64,000 nt of DNA from Leucoraja erinacea (GCF_028641065.1 NC_073383.1:29636001-29700000); one strand, 5' to 3'. Positions 22,936-36,600 are shown, counted from the stretch's first letter. Notes: generated by a model from the letters alone, not told the origin. Translations and numbers: made by a program.

Positions 22936-23060
22936 GGGACAGACGGAGGGGGGGAGGGACATGGAGGGGGAGAGAGACAGAGAGGGACACAGAGGGAGAG
23001 GGACACACAGACGGAGAGGGAGAGGAACAGACGTAGAGAGGGAGACAGAGGAGGTGCGGA
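22120..23060. repeat. G-rich ~25-bp minisatellite (GGGGGATCAGTGCAGGATGAATG-like) followed by (GA/GACA)n
   Basis: Repeated units seen directly; lies upstream of the hAT-like end at 23673. Confidence 0.75.
22452..22482 (-). ncRNA. Minimal hammerhead-ribozyme-like core in a Penelope pLTR fragment (activity unproven)
   Basis: Minus strand reads CUGAAGA-A-GGG(UCUCGG)CCC-GAAA-C(GUU)G-UC; stem I pairing is weak. Confidence 0.45.
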
Positions 23061-23584
23061 GGAAGGAAGGTCAGCGCTCCTCAGACAACACCGGCATCAT
23101 TGCCCCGCTGCCTTGGCCGTCCCTGTCCGCCGCCAAAGGGGGAGGCAGTTTGGATCTCCTCGCCACTGCCTCCCCTCCGCCCGCCAACCAACAGCAAGGT
23201 GCGGGGCCGAGCAGTGCAGACGTTTCAGGCAGCGGAAGGGAGCCTCCCGCTCTACCGCGCTCGCTCCCTCCCTCCTTCCTCCCAGCCTCGGCATGCGGGA
23301 GGGTTTGTTGTGAAAGCGCCGTTGGCGGAGTGGCAGGCAGTGGCCATTATCAGGCCGGGCGGGGTGCGTGAGGAGGAGGAGATGGAGCCGCTGCTGCTGC
23401 TGCTGTGCTGGGGCCTGTCATTCGCTCCGACCCAAAGTCACGCCACATTTAGCATCTTTCCCACGCATTACAGCCGTCGCCGACACATAATGCCACGTTC
23501 CTTTTCTCCCGAGACGCTGCCTGACCCGCTGAGTTACTCCATTTTTTTGTGTCTATCTTCGGTATAAACCAGTATCTGCGTGAC

Positions 23585-23673
23585 AAGCCGGGCAAAATGG
23601 CTCAGCATTTAGGTTGCCCGGCGGCACTTAGGGTGGTCATTGGCACCCGGGCAACCGCTAATTTCGAGCCCTG
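23585..23673. mobile_element. Single hAT-like terminus; partner end not found
   Basis: Ends ...TAATTTCGAGCCCTG (reverse complement CAGGGCTCGAAATTA) with GGTTGCCCGG/CCGGGCAACC subterminal repeats. Confidence 0.6.
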
Positions 23674-25141
23674 CTAGTCTTTCCTCCAGTCTTCGCATCA
23701 CCTTTGGAAACTTTTATTGCTGTTTATCAACACGAGGACCAAAGTTGTGCCAATGAAAGTCAAAGAAGCCATTATGAGTCTGGGAAACATGAATAAAACT
23801 GTTTGAGACATCAGTCAAACCTTAGGCTTCCCAAAATCAACTGTTTGGAACATAATTAAGAAGGAAGAGAGCACTGGTGAGCTTACTAATTACAAAGGGA
23901 CTGGCAGGCCAAGGAAGACCTCCACAGGTGATGACAGAATTCTCTCTATAATAAAGAAAAATCCCCCCAACACCTGTCCGACAGATCAGAAACATTCTTC
24001 AGGAGTCAAGCAAAATGTTCAAGAAGGAACTGCAGATGCTGGAAAATCAAAGGTAGACAAAAGTGCTGGAGAAACTCAGCGGGTACGGCAGCATCTATGG
24101 AGCGAAGGAAAAAGGCAACGTTTCGGGCCAAAACCCTTTTTCAGACTGATGTGGCGGGGGGTGAAAAGAATGATCACTGACCACTGTCCACAGAAGACTT
24201 CATGAACAGAAATACAGAGGCTACACAGAAAGATGCAAACCACTTGTTAGCCACAAAAATAGATGGCCAGGTTATAGTTTGCCAAGAAGTACTTAAAAGG
24301 GCAACCACAGTTTTGGAAAAAGGTCTTGTGGACAAATGAGACGAAGAATAACTTATATCAGGGTGATGACAAGAGCAAAGTATGGAGGAGAGAAGGAACT
24401 GCCCAAGATCCAAAGCATACCATCTCATCTGTGAAACACGGGGGTGGGGGTGTTATGGCCTGGGCATGTATGACTGCTGAAGGTACTGGCTCACTTTTCT
24501 TTATTAATGATACAACTACTGATGGTAGTAGCATAATGAATTCTGAAGTGTATAGACACATCCTATCTGCTCAAGTTCAAACAAATGCCTCAAAACTTAT
24601 TGGCCGGCAGTTCATTCTATAGCAAGACAATAATCCCATCTGCTAAAGCAACCAAGGAGTTTTTCAAAGCTGAAAAATAGTCAATTATCTGATCTGAACT
24701 CAATTGAGCATGTCTTTTATATGCTGGAGAGAAAACTGAAGGGGACCAGCCCCAAAAACAAGCATTAGCTAAAGATGGCTGCAATACAGGCCTGGCAGAG
24801 CATCACCATAGAAGACACTGGTGATATCCTTGAATCGCAGACTTCAAGCAGTCATTGCATGCAAAGGATATGCAACAATATACTAAAGATGACTACTTTT
24901 ATTTACATGACATTGCTGTGTCCCAAATATTATGGTGCCCTGAAATGGGGGGGACTATGTATAAACACTGCTTTAATTTTACATGGTGAAACCAAAATGT
25001 ATGAAAATGGCCTTGATTAAAATCTGACAATGTGCACTTTAACCACATGTGATTTTTATCTATTACAAATCTCAAATTGTGGAGGACAGAGGCAAATAAA
25101 TAAATGACGGGTCTTTGTCCCAAACATTATGGAGGGCACTG
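23674..25141 (+). mobile_element. Tc1 transposon copy 2; 5' IR missing, transposase decayed, PLE fragment inserted at ~24010-24170
   Basis: WTNETK, VKHGGGGVMAWACM motifs; complete right IR with inner DR (TGTCCCAAATATTATGGTGCCC) and outer DR ending CACTG|TA. Confidence 0.9.
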
Positions 25142-25519
25142 TATGTGATTTTATATGATTAAAATCTCTTTGTGGCCCTTGTGAGTTGTGCAACACTTTT
25201 TGATGTAAAAGTGTTCCTGCCACTATACCATTCACCAATCTGACGATAAACATTTAATCACAATTCTCTGTTGAGTGTCCATTAGTCAATCTTCCACAGA
25301 ACACTTTTTTATCATGAGCCAAAATTTACGAAGCAGACTTTTATTGTCAAATGCCTTCTGAAAATCCATAGCAATGACATTTACTACCTCGCTTTCATCA
25401 ACTTTCTCAACAAATAATTCAATTCTGTGAGTCCAACCTAGTCTTGAATAAATCTATGCTGGCTCTCCTTGATTTAACTCAAAAGATTCCCAATCTCCAT
25501 TTATTATTATTGACCTTGC

Positions 25520-26095
25520 TGTACTGGGCCTCCTCCAATGCTAGAGTGAGGTCACATACAAACTGGAAGACCAGCACCTCATCCTGCTTGGTTGGCTTAT
25601 AGTCCAACAGTAGGAACATTGAATTCACCATTTTTAGGTTGTACCCCCTTCCTTCCTCATCTCTCCCTCCAAAACCGATACACACCCATTACTCCCACTA
25701 TCCCCCCCCTCCCCCTTTGCCATCTCTGTCCTGTTCCACCTCTGGCTTCACATTTTACTCACCCTTAGCTGACATCTTTTTGTCTCCTTATCATCTCTAG
25801 CCGTTGTCCACTCATCTTCCAATCAATATACCTATATCCACCAATCGCGCGCCAAGCTTTGTCCTGTCCCCACCTCTTTTTCTTTTTTCTCCTTTCCCCC
25901 ACCCCCCCCCCCCCCCCCACCCCCCCCCCACCCCTCCCCCACCCCCCCCCCCCCCCCCCCCCCCCCCCCAAGAAAGAATGGTCCCGACCCAAAATTTCAG
26001 GTATCTATATGTCCTCCCTAGATGCTGCCTGACTTGCTCAGATACTCCAGCACTTTGTGTTCTGCACAAGGTTCCCGCATCTGTTGTTCTTTGTA
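25520..26095 (+). mobile_element. Penelope-like 3' fragment with pLTR and poly-C tract
   Basis: AAACTGGAAGACCAGCACCTCATC (KLEDQHLI) followed by a pyrimidine-rich UTR and GATGCTGCCTGAC...ACTCCAGCACTTTGTG. Confidence 0.6.
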
Positions 26096-27578
26096 ACCCC
26101 ATTTATTATTACCCTGATTATTGCTCCAGGCGGTTTCACCAGGAACGGAACTATCCTATCGAGTCTGTTCTTTAACCCTTTTGTGAACAACGGTGTCACT
26201 GTTTCAGTGCTCTTGGCATCTGGGACTATCATTCACTCAAGAGGTATGGAATATTATGGCATGCCATTGTCATACTCTGCAATATCTTTAAGGTAAAACA
26301 AAAGGACACAGAGTGCTGGAGTAACACAGCAGGTCAGGTTGCATCTCTGGAGAACATGGACAGATGGCGTGTTGTATCCTTCTTCAGTCTCTTTAGGGCG
26401 TTTTCCAACCAGACTAGATGACTTGTTTACATTAAGCGCAGCCAGACTTTGTGATACCTTTTCCTTGTCAACAAGCTCCATTTGAACAGGGATATTGGCA
26501 GTAGAACATGGTGCTGGATTAACTCAGCAGGTTGGGCAACATCTCTGGAGAGCATGGATATTGGCAGCATGCCCTTCCTTGGGAAAGAGTCATACAAGTG
26601 CTCATTGCATATACCAACCCTCCCCTTCACAAAAATGCATTGATTCATCTCAAAAGAGAATTATGTTTACAATAAAAATAAAACTGATTAAAGAATTTAC
26701 ATTAGATTGGATCATACTTTTTTTATATCTATATCCAGCATATTAGGAAAAGCTAACATCGCAATGAAATAGTAGTAATATTGCTAAATGAGGCAATGGC
26801 TAGTTTTTTTGTATGTCTGGATTCCTGAAAATGCCTGAATTTGTACACATTGCTTTTTGCGACTTTTTATTTACATGAATAATGCCATCAGATGGCAAAT
26901 CCTGTGTGTTCATCTTTCTCCAGCACAGTTTACATGTGATCAGCTTTGGGGAAGGCTGCTATTATGATGTAAAGCTATGCTGCTGAATCTGGCCAATAGA
27001 GCTTAGAGGTTTTTTTTTCTCCATCTCGTGCTCTCGCGCTCTCTATCTCGTCTGAAAATATTTTAAAAATCAGGAATTGCTTTCAACAGTAGTGTCAATG
27101 TAGGCATATTGGCTAATTTATGCATTGAAAATAAGTTAATATTAAATTGTTAAAAATATGGGGGATATTCATTAGGGAATCGTGGATGATGAATTATCGT
27201 TTCCTCCATTTAAAGACAGAATTGAAGGATTTCTGTGTTTAAACCACCATGATATATACTGCATGCTGCAATACTGGTGATTGTTGGAAACCTGCGAATC
27301 ATTGCTGAGAGGTATGTGTATAAGATTGCCAGGAAATAGTTGATCGTTTGCTCGGATCTCAATCTTAATGCAAGAAATTGCAGAGAGATTTATTTTGCCA
27401 CAGGGCATATATATTGACAATGTGCAGTTGGTGCAAAATGGGAAGAAACTGTTTTACATCCCATAAAGTAAGATGCAATCAGTAAAGTAAAACTGAACTC
27501 TTTCAGGCATGCAACAGAATCAAATCAATTTGTATTTGTTAGCTCTGTGAACTTAGTATATTTTTATCTTTGTCGCAG

Positions 27579-27691
27579 GAGCTCCAGTTTGAAAGGCTTA
27601 CAAGAGAGCTTGAGTTGGAACGGCAGATTGTTGCAAATCAACTAGAAAGATGCAAGCTGGGAACTGAATCGCCAAGTGGCGCCAGTGTCAG
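27579..27691 (+). CDS. PKP4: Plakophilin-4 internal coding exon (coiled-coil region; equivalent to human exon 3 from memory)
   Basis: tgtcgcAG|GAG...GTCAG|GTacag; 113 nt, phase 0 to 2; [38 protein letters not shown] matches the p120-family N-terminal coiled coil. Confidence 0.93.
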
Positions 27692-28904
27692 GTACAGACC
27701 TACGTTTTTTACTGCTTTCAGATGCCTGAGTAAACAAACTTTGGTTGATTTTCCCCTGTGCAAGTCGAATGTCAATGAAACAATATTTTTAAGTTGTGTC
27801 TGTGGAAAATCAACATCTTGTATGGATAATGTATGATCATCAAGTTTGAATAATTTTCTACCAGTTTGAATGCACCATACATAACATACTAACTAACACA
27901 TCAGTCATACAATAGATTAGATGAATCCTTAGCAGAAGACATGATCTTGTTGAATTGTTTTTTTTTAAAGTTATGGATACCCAACTTGAAGAAATATTAG
28001 GTTGTAACCATCTTAAAATTCACTTTGGGCAAATCCTGAGCAGTGACAATGTAGACGTTAAATATATTCCTTACTGTGCTGAGGCTGAAAATTGCTTGTT
28101 AAGGTACCACTTTCCCAAGACCATACTGAAAAATAATTGGCATTATCCTAGAGAATCTTAATCCCATCAAACGTGAAACATGCAGAGGTAAATCAATAAA
28201 TCGATTATCTAATTAAAATCCGTACTTTGCAAAAACAGTTCAACAATAGAACAAATGAGCAATAGTGTGAAAACGGTCCTTAATAACTAACACAAGGCTT
28301 AATGTGTTAGAGTTAATGAAAGGAGCATTGACAAGAGTTAGCAGCTTTTTCTTATAACCATATTGGTCAGCTTACCCTGGCTGTCACTGATATCCTCGCA
28401 CAATGTTAGACACGCTAGTGATACAGAATTCTGTTTTCCTTTGATGATTAAAAGTGGATTGACTAAAGTGGGACGTATACATGGATTCTGAACGTTTCAT
28501 TGAGTAACAAATGTACCTAGACTAAAAGGGTTTGTACAATAGCAGTAATTCAGATCCATATCTGCCAGATGGCAAGCTGTGTCTTAACTGTAGGCACCTG
28601 TGGAAGAAAGTCTTGCTGTATGTAAACCACCAATCCTATATAATTTGAGAAAATATTGCATTGCATGAATCCTCATTGCATTTCTTTCTCCAAGATTGAA
28701 CAGAAATGTAAGGATTCCTGTATTTCCTAGCACAAGACATTTGTTTGGAATGAAACCATTTTAAAGGTATAACACCTGTCACAGCCTAGAATCATTGCCC
28801 AGAGTCATTATTGACACTGTTCCCATGCCCATACTTAACAGATCCAAATGCAGAGCCTGTTTAGTTGCATCCCACCCCAGACTCGAGCCCAGCATCATCT
28901 TGGT

Positions 28905-29330
28905 TTAGGTTTATTATTGCCACATGTACTGAGAAAAGCTTTGCTTTGCATGCTATCCAATAAAGTCAGATAATACTATACCTAAATACAATCAAGCCAA
29001 ATAGTCCAGCATATAGTTCTCAGCATTGTAGTGCACCAGTTCCAGAAACAAAGTCCAATGTCCGCAATGACGTAGAGGAGAATCTGTAATCTAGTTTATG
29101 GAAGGACTATTCAGAAGCCTGTTAATAAAGGGGAAGAAGCTGTTCCAAGTCTGGTGACGCGTGTTTTGAAGCTTCTGTGTCTTCTGCCCGACAGAAGGGG
29201 GAGAGGAAGGAACGACTGCAGTGGGAAAGTTCTTTGATTATGTTGGCTGCTATCCCGAGGCAGCATGAAGTGTAGATCGAATCACTCGTGGGGAGTCTGG
29301 TCTGTGTGATGGACTGGGCTATTATCTTTG
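28905..29330 (-). mobile_element. Rex1/Babar-like LINE 3' fragment
   Basis: Same family as 9665-10085, 38740-39205, 51300-51720 and 59270-60000 (RLRNSFFPSVIRL-type ORF end plus GACAATAA tail). Confidence 0.65.
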
Positions 29331-30065
29331 CCAACTGTCAAAGATGTGAAGGCATTGAAATGTTGGACACATTCTGAAACACGTAAACGTTTTCTAAAAT
29401 GAAAGATTTTCTAAAATGAAAGATTCAACAAAATATATCCCAAATCATATTCCTTCTTCCCCCCCCACCACCCCATCACCCCGAGTTCATGCTAAGAAAT
29501 CTTGATAAGATCGAACTTTTCCACTTGACTTCATAGGGAGTCGAGTGCCGAATGATCTGATAGTTTTGGCATTCCAAATCTGTGACTAAGTCATTGACAG
29601 GAGGTCAGAGGGACGGTGTTGGGGAACCTCTAGCTCTTTCTTGTGGCATACCTAGGTGCTGGAATTTCTACCAAGGAAAATGATAGATTGGCTCTTCACA
29701 TGAGCAACAGCTCTTAAATCTACACCTTGCTTCAATTCCTCAGCCCTCACCTTAAAAACAGCATCATAAAGCAGATGGTATACATGATGTGTCCAACTGA
29801 TCAAGTGAACTTTTAATAGCTTCCATCTGTCTGTCTTCTGAAAATAAACATGCCCAGCATTATTAAACTTACCTCACAATTTCAGTCACTGATGCCCAGA
29901 ATGTTATCTCTAAATAACTTCCCTGGGATTTAGATTTTCGAGCGGAATGGAAACTTACATGTTTAAATTGTGACATTTGTTCATTTTTTTACATAATTTT
30001 AGCTCATGGACAATTTAAAACTTGTTCGTCGAGAATCATATTTTCAATCTTACAGTGCTATCCCT

Positions 30066-30445
30066 TGAAACATATAAGAATATTAAGGGTTTGGACACGC
30101 TGGAGGCAGGAAACATGTTCCCAATGTTGGGGTAGTCCAGAACCAGGGGCCACAGTTTAAGAATAAGGGGTAAGCCATTTAGAACGGAGACGAGGAAACA
30201 CTTTTTCACACACAGAGTTATGAGTCTGAAATTCTCTGCCTCAGAGGGTGGTGGAGGCCAGTTCTCTGGATACTTTCAAGAGAGAACTAGATAGGGCTTT
30301 TAAAGATAGTCAGGGGATATGGAGAGAAGGCAGGAACGGGGTACTGATTGTGTATGATCAGCCGTGATCACATTGAATGGCGGTGCTGGCTTAAAGGGTC
30401 GAATGGCCTACTCCTGCACTATTGTCTATTGTCGATTGTCTATAA
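30066..30445 (+). mobile_element. CR1 3' fragment
   Basis: Near-identical to 15985-16360; TATTGTC tail repeats. Confidence 0.85.
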
Positions 30446-30629
30446 CTGTAGGTGATGGAATTACCTGCACATCTTCCCTTCCCACTGTGCAGGGACACAA
30501 ACAGTCTTTCCAGGTGAAACAGCAAATCACTTGAACTTCTTCCAATCTTGTGCATTGCATTTACTGTGATTCTCTCAACATTGGAGATATCAAATGCAGA
30601 TTGGGTGATTATTTTGAGGAACACTTTGA

Positions 30630-30892
30630 GGGCAGCACGGTGGCGTAGTGGTAGAGTTGGTGCCTTACAGCGCTTGCTACAGCAGTTCTCCCCGTGACCA
30701 CGTGGGTTTTCTCTGAGATCTTTGATTTCCTCCTACACTCCAAAGATGTACAGGTATGTAGGTTAATTGGCTTGGTGTATGCGTAATTTGTCCCTAGTGG
30801 TAGGATAGTGTTGATGTGCGGGGATCACTGGTCAGTGCGGACTCGGTGAGCTGAAGGGCCTGTTTCCTCGCCGTATCTCTAAACTAAACTAA
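30630..30892 (+). mobile_element. HE1-like SINE inserted into a Penelope GIY-YIG remnant (~30470-31090)
   Basis: GGGCAGCACGGTGGCGTAGTGG A-box head, (CTAAA)n tail, AACACTT duplicated on both sides. Confidence 0.75.
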
Positions 30893-31179
30893 AACACTTG
30901 CATTTACTCCACGGGAGTGACTCTGAGCTTCCTGTCATATAATTACTTCAATTCTCCATCCCCTTCTTACTCTGACCTAACAGTATGTGTCATTAAAGCC
31001 CAACACAAGCCTGACGAACAACGTATGATATTCTGCCTGAGCATGCTGCAGCTTTTTAGACAATACTAAATTCTACAACTTCCGTCTATATGGGCCTGAA
31101 CCTGACCTGTCAGCCACATCCTCCTGCTCTGCATTTTGCAACTCCCACATTTATTCTTATTTTTTGCCTAGGTTCTCAC

Positions 31180-31465
31180 TTTTAAGGATAACAGGGAAGT
31201 CTTTTAGGACCGAGATGAGAAAAACATTTTTCACACAGAGAGTGGTGAATCTGTGGGATTCTCTGCCACAGAAGGTAGTTGAGGCCAGTTCATTGGCTAT
31301 ATTTAAGAGGGAGTTAGATGTGGCCCTTGTGGCTAAAGGGATCAGGGGGTATGGAGAGAAGGCAGGTACAGGATACTGAGTTAGATGATCAGCCATGATC
31401 ATATTGAATGGCAGTGCAGGCTCAAAGGGCCGAATGGCCTACTCCTGCACCTGTTTTCTATGTTT
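31180..31465 (+). mobile_element. CR1 3' fragment
   Basis: FFTQRVVNLWDSLPQKVVEA...GYGEKAGTGY. Confidence 0.8.
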
Positions 31466-31889
31466 CAACTACTCCCATTCTCTCATTAACTAGATAACCG
31501 TACAACTTTTCCTCATGATCAGCTGGGTTTTACCCTATCAGAGAATCCGCCCTCTCTCACCCTCCTTGCATCTGACAAGCCTCTTTCGGCTCCTTCCCAG
31601 TTCTTATGTAGGATTTTCAACTTGAAATGTTAACTCTGATTCTCTTCCCACAAATGCAGCCTGACATGCTGAGAAATGGAAAACCAGCATTTTCTGTTTC
31701 TTTGTCACATTTTTAAATGTTTTTGTTTCAAGTGGTTTAACCCCTTCCAGTCTGTGCAGTACTTGACAATACTTAATTTACAAGTTACTTTTGGACAATC
31801 AGAATGAAAGAGAATTCCAAGGTATGAATAGGATTAGCGAATGGCATAATGAGAAGTCAATAGTGTTCACATTACTGCACAACATTGTA

Positions 31890-32690
31890 CAGGTGCACAA
31901 CCTTTTATCCGAAAGCCTTGGGACCAGACACTTCTCGGATTTCGGAATTTTTCGTATTTCGGAATGGAAGATTTTTAGCGTAGATTAGGCGGCTTGAAAA
32001 GTCTGGAGCGGCTGCCTCCTCCCCGGAGACCGGGGAATCATTGTAAATCATTGCTTAAATGTTAGCCAGTTAGTTTGGAGGGATGGGTGAAGGGGGAAAC
32101 TTTAAGTCTTAGTCCCCTACCTGGTCGGAGAGGCGGGGAGCGGGCAATGCCTTACCGGGTCGCCGTGCAGTAAGCTCCGGAGCGCTGTGGCCGCTGAATC
32201 CCAACATCACCGGTCGCGGGCCGCGCTGGATTTGGAGCGCCGCGCAGCCAGGGGTAGAGTTGCCGGGGTCGGAGCTACAACCGGCGCCGCCCGCAGCCCC
32301 AACTCCGCGATGTTGGGAGTCGGCGGCCACAGCGCTCCGGAGCTTACTGCACGGTGACCCGGTAAGGCATTGCCCGCTCCCCGCCTCTCCGATCAGGTAG
32401 GGGACTAAGAATTAAAGTTTCCCCCTTCACCCCCTCCCTTCACATAAAAGCCCTCCAAACTAACTGACTAACATTTAAGCAATGATTTACAGATGTTTAA
32501 GTGTCTCCCCGGTCTCCGGGGAGGAGGCAGCCGCTACTACAGTAGTACAGACCTGGGTTGACCGTGGGTCGTTTCGGGTCAAGTTTGGCGCCAAACGCGA
32601 GCTTTAGTGTGCAGACGACATCCTGGAAAAAATGTCCGGTTTTCGGAGCTTTTCGGTTTCCGGAACTCCGGATAAAAGTTTGTGCACCTG
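31890..32690. mobile_element. Second copy of the Tigger/pogo-like MITE with a shorter core
   Basis: TA|CAGGTGCACAACCTTTTATCCG ... TGTGCACCTG|TA; arms near-identical to 19452-20688. Confidence 0.9.
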
Positions 32691-33446
32691 TATAACAAAA
32701 AATCTAAAATGGTGGAAATGCAGCACATAAATCAGGATCTTTAGAAAGGGGAATGGTTAATATTTCGGGTTGAAGTCATTTAATCAGCACTGGGAAAAAG
32801 AAAAAAAAAAGACAAAGTCTGGAGTAACTCGGTGGGTCAGGCAGCATCTCTGGGGAAAATGGATAAGTGACATAGAAACAAGAAACAACAGATGTTGGTT
32901 TACAAAACAAGACACAAAATGCTAGAGTAGCTTAGTGGTTCAGGCAGCATCTCAGGGGAACATGGATAGATGACATTTCAGGTCGGGACCCTTCTTTAGA
33001 CTGATTGGAGTAAAGCGGAGAAAGCTGGAAAAGAGAAAAAACAAGTTAGCCTTAAACTGTAATGTAGGTTGGAGGAGGATGGATATACCGAATGGGCTAT
33101 GCCTAGAGTGAAGCCAGAGTTGCCATGGTGATAAGCTGTTGAAGTTTTCAGCTTGATAGCTTAATGAGAGCAGTTAGGGAGAGGGAACATAAACAAAGGA
33201 AGTAAAAGCTCTAAAATCCTATTGTAGGAAATGCTCAGTAAGTCAGGTACTCTGGAGAGGGAATAAATTGAGTCAATATTGTCAAACAAAAATTATACCT
33301 GTGCTAAATGTTTTACTTTCTTTACTTCAAACATAGAACAAAGAACAGTACCCTGACAAACACGATGCCAAGATAAACTAATCTCATCTGCCTGTATATG
33401 ATCCATATCTATCCATTTCCTGCATGTCCATGCATGTACCTTCTGA

Positions 33447-33616
33447 AGATAGATACAAAATGCTGGAGTAATTCAGCAGGTTAACTTGGACAAAAGGGTT
33501 CCAGCCCAAATCTATTATTTTCCTCCAGAGATGCTGCTTGACCCGCTGAGTTACTCCAGCATTTTGTGACTATCCATTTTTTTGGGGACCAGTATCTGTA
33601 GTTCCTTCCTACACAA
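33447..33616. mobile_element. Fold-back Penelope pLTR mini-element
   Basis: Inverted arms; 11-bp direct repeat GTACCTTCTGA at 33436-33446 and 33617-33627. Confidence 0.7.
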
Positions 33617-36600
33617 GTACCTTCTGAGATGATTTCAACTTTAACTTTCTCTCTCATAGTCTATACAGATCTGTTCTGCACGTCTTTCAAATGTTTTTTA
33701 TTTCAGACTTTAATTTAAAACGAAACTCAGCTAATGCAAGCAATTAGAGGCCAACTAATTCAATATCTTCCGTATAAATCAGTGAGAAATTGAATGCAAG
33801 CTCTGTTTTTGAATTTGGATACATTTCAGATATTTATAATGCCTTCAAATTGGCTGCTTACACTGCTGCAAATTATACTATTATTGATTTATTTCATATT
33901 TACCAAAGTAAGTAATTGCTTTAAAATAATGTCCAAATATCAAACGATCAGTCAGATTGTGGTCCATTAACAAAGTTAGAAATATATACCTCAGATTCTC
34001 GCAATTCGTAGGTAGAATGTAAATGGAGTACAAATTATGATTACACAATTCAAAAAAGCTAGTTGTTGGTAGATGGATATTTTTAGTTTTCCAAAATGTA
34101 GCATAGCAAAAAAGTCATTTTAAATAGTCAAAAATAGCAGGTTTCCCTAAACCTGTACAATTTAAATATTGAGGGGGAAAAAAAATCATATTTGCATATA
34201 GGTGTAGTTGCATTTAAGCCACAATAATAGCAAGATGCATTTAATGTTTAAGAATATGCAATCAAATTTGATGTTTATATTATACATTGCCAGTGTATAA
34301 AATGCTTCAGAATTCTATTTATGGTATAAATGTATTAATCTGTCCTCTAGCGTTGATAAAAACTTTAAGCTGTGGCTTGGGGAAGTGAGCTGTAGTCAAC
34401 CAAATCCAGAAATTCATTTGTTGCAACCTTTTATGCACCCGAGTAAACTGGAGGTCCTTCATTCTCAACGGTCACTCTCTTTGCAAAAATAATCATATTA
34501 TTGATAAGCGTTGGGCTGCTAGACCAGGGGTCTGTTCTTGGACGTGATTCACTGACGTAAATAGGCTTAGTCATTATTGACTGGCTTTTCCATTTTTCCT
34601 TAAGACAATCTGCGTACTTGTGTGTAAAATTGTCTTGTGTGTCGTTGCCTTCTATGAGACTCCATTTAGCTTAACTCAGTATGTTATAACTATAACCAGT
34701 TACCTTTACATTTTATCTGTAATTATGTGGGTGGGATTTATACGTAGTCTGAGGCGTGTTTGCGGCTGGGATTCTCGCAGACGCCCTCGTAATTAGTTTA
34801 GTTTGAAGAAGCATGGAGGAGAGGTCACAGCTTTCCACCATGCACGAGTTAGACCACGAGGAAGATCAAATTGTGCTTATACAAGAAGAAGTTTGGATGA
34901 ATATCTTACTGTTTTTACTACTACAATAAAGAAACTATTAATTAAGAGACTGTGTTTGGAAGATTTAACTTTGGACGGCATTGAATGTCTCGTGGAGAGC
35001 TCGTGAATGCATTTTGATTATCCCCTGAATCCCTGTCTTAAAACATAGTGACTAAAGGAGAAATTCTTGAAACAATATAAAAATCTGTCACTACAGAATA
35101 GATGACCAACATTTATTTGTTAGAAAGGTTCACTGCACTTTTATTCACCAGTTCCAATTGCTTCTTAAAGGTTTATTTGTTTTTCCCCTGCATGAACAAG
35201 GAAACCATTTCAGGTGCAGAACCATCAGTAAAAATAATTTTTGTGATGCTTGTTCTAAATTGCAGTTTAGCTTTAATCCACGAGTCCTGCATTTAATTTT
35301 AAATGTTGATTTTTTTCCCTTCTGATAATCTTATTCATATCTTGGATCATGTTTTCATATTTTCCTATATTTAAAAATGTAAAGTTTATCAAATTATTTC
35401 TCATTACAGTGTTTTACACTAGATTTTTACAAAGACTTCAATATTAAAATATCGACCTCAACATTATACTGCGGAGACAAGACTAATGGAGCTGTTTTGG
35501 ATATGTGGCTTTGAATTCTTTTAGATTGTGTTGATTACTGCACTACATTGGACGCACTGAGTGTAAAATATTGTAATGCACCTTTTCTTTAGCTTTCAAT
35601 CTTTACCTATTGTCTTGTGTGTGACAGGTGTTTGCTCGTATAGTATTGTATTTTTCGGCATTGTGTCATTTGTCACTTTTCTGTCACCTGAAACAACTGA
35701 CATGATGCAGCTTTTCTATATCTGTCATTGAAGGCTGTTTTCACTGAAGACTGAAGGCTTCTTTTTCTAATCCAAAGCATAAAGCCTTTAGACTGTAATT
35801 CTAAAATCCATGTGAATCACCTCACTGCCACTGAGCTTTGTGCACTGCCAGAATCGCTGTGTGTTTTTTGTCCATTTTGTATACCTAATGAGTTTCCATC
35901 AGATGGGATTCATTAAACTGCTGTGTTGAGCACTAGTTGTACATTATCACTGCTCTTAATAGAAGGAAGGATATGACAGCCGCCAGGCACATTAATAGCT
36001 TTGTTTTATGTTTGATTTCTGTGGATTCTCGGCATACCCATTCATAAATCAATATTAACTTTCCCAAAATGTTCATGAATTAACTCTATGATATTTTTCA
36101 ACAAATGTTCACAAATAATTGTAATTTTCATGAATCTTCCATTCCCAGAGGGGAAAGATAAGGAATAAAAGGATGGGGGAGGGGGGACAAATAAACCAAG
36201 TCAATCTCACAAAGGAGGATGATTCCCGGTCTGAAACATTGTTTGTCTATTCCCTCCTCAAATGCTACCTGATTTGTTGAGTTCCTCTGGTATGTTTTGG
36301 TTTTCGCTGAAGATTCCAGCATCTGCATTTTTTCTTCTCTCAAATCGCATAAATAAGTTTGACTGATACGAATGGAAAGTGTAAAATTCAATATTAACAG
36401 TCCTCTGGGAGTGTAGAACATGCCTAGCACGACATATTGGCATGTCTTCACGGGCCTATGTTCTCTGGCCCATTCTGGCTCTCTAAATGCTCCCTAAATT
36501 CAATGGCCAGATATCATTGTTCCCAGTCTGAAGAAGGGTCCCAACCTGAAACCTCGCCCATCCCTTTCCTTCAGAGATGCTGCCTGATCCGCTGAGTTCA

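Noticed and set aside
25765-26175. Poly-Pro and poly-Gly ORFs
   Set aside because: Poly-C tract within a Penelope UTR; homopolymer length may also be unreliable
26880-27010. E-box palindrome GCCATCAGATGGC and nearby CCAAT as an enhancer
   Set aside because: Short motifs only; cannot be supported without conservation or chromatin data
1-27578. PKP4 start-codon exon (expected to end ...ILASVKEQ)
   Set aside because: Not found by eye; presumed upstream of the window, though a diverged copy could have been missed
30630-30700. tRNA gene
   Set aside because: A-box-like head belongs to a tRNA-derived SINE; no complete cloverleaf
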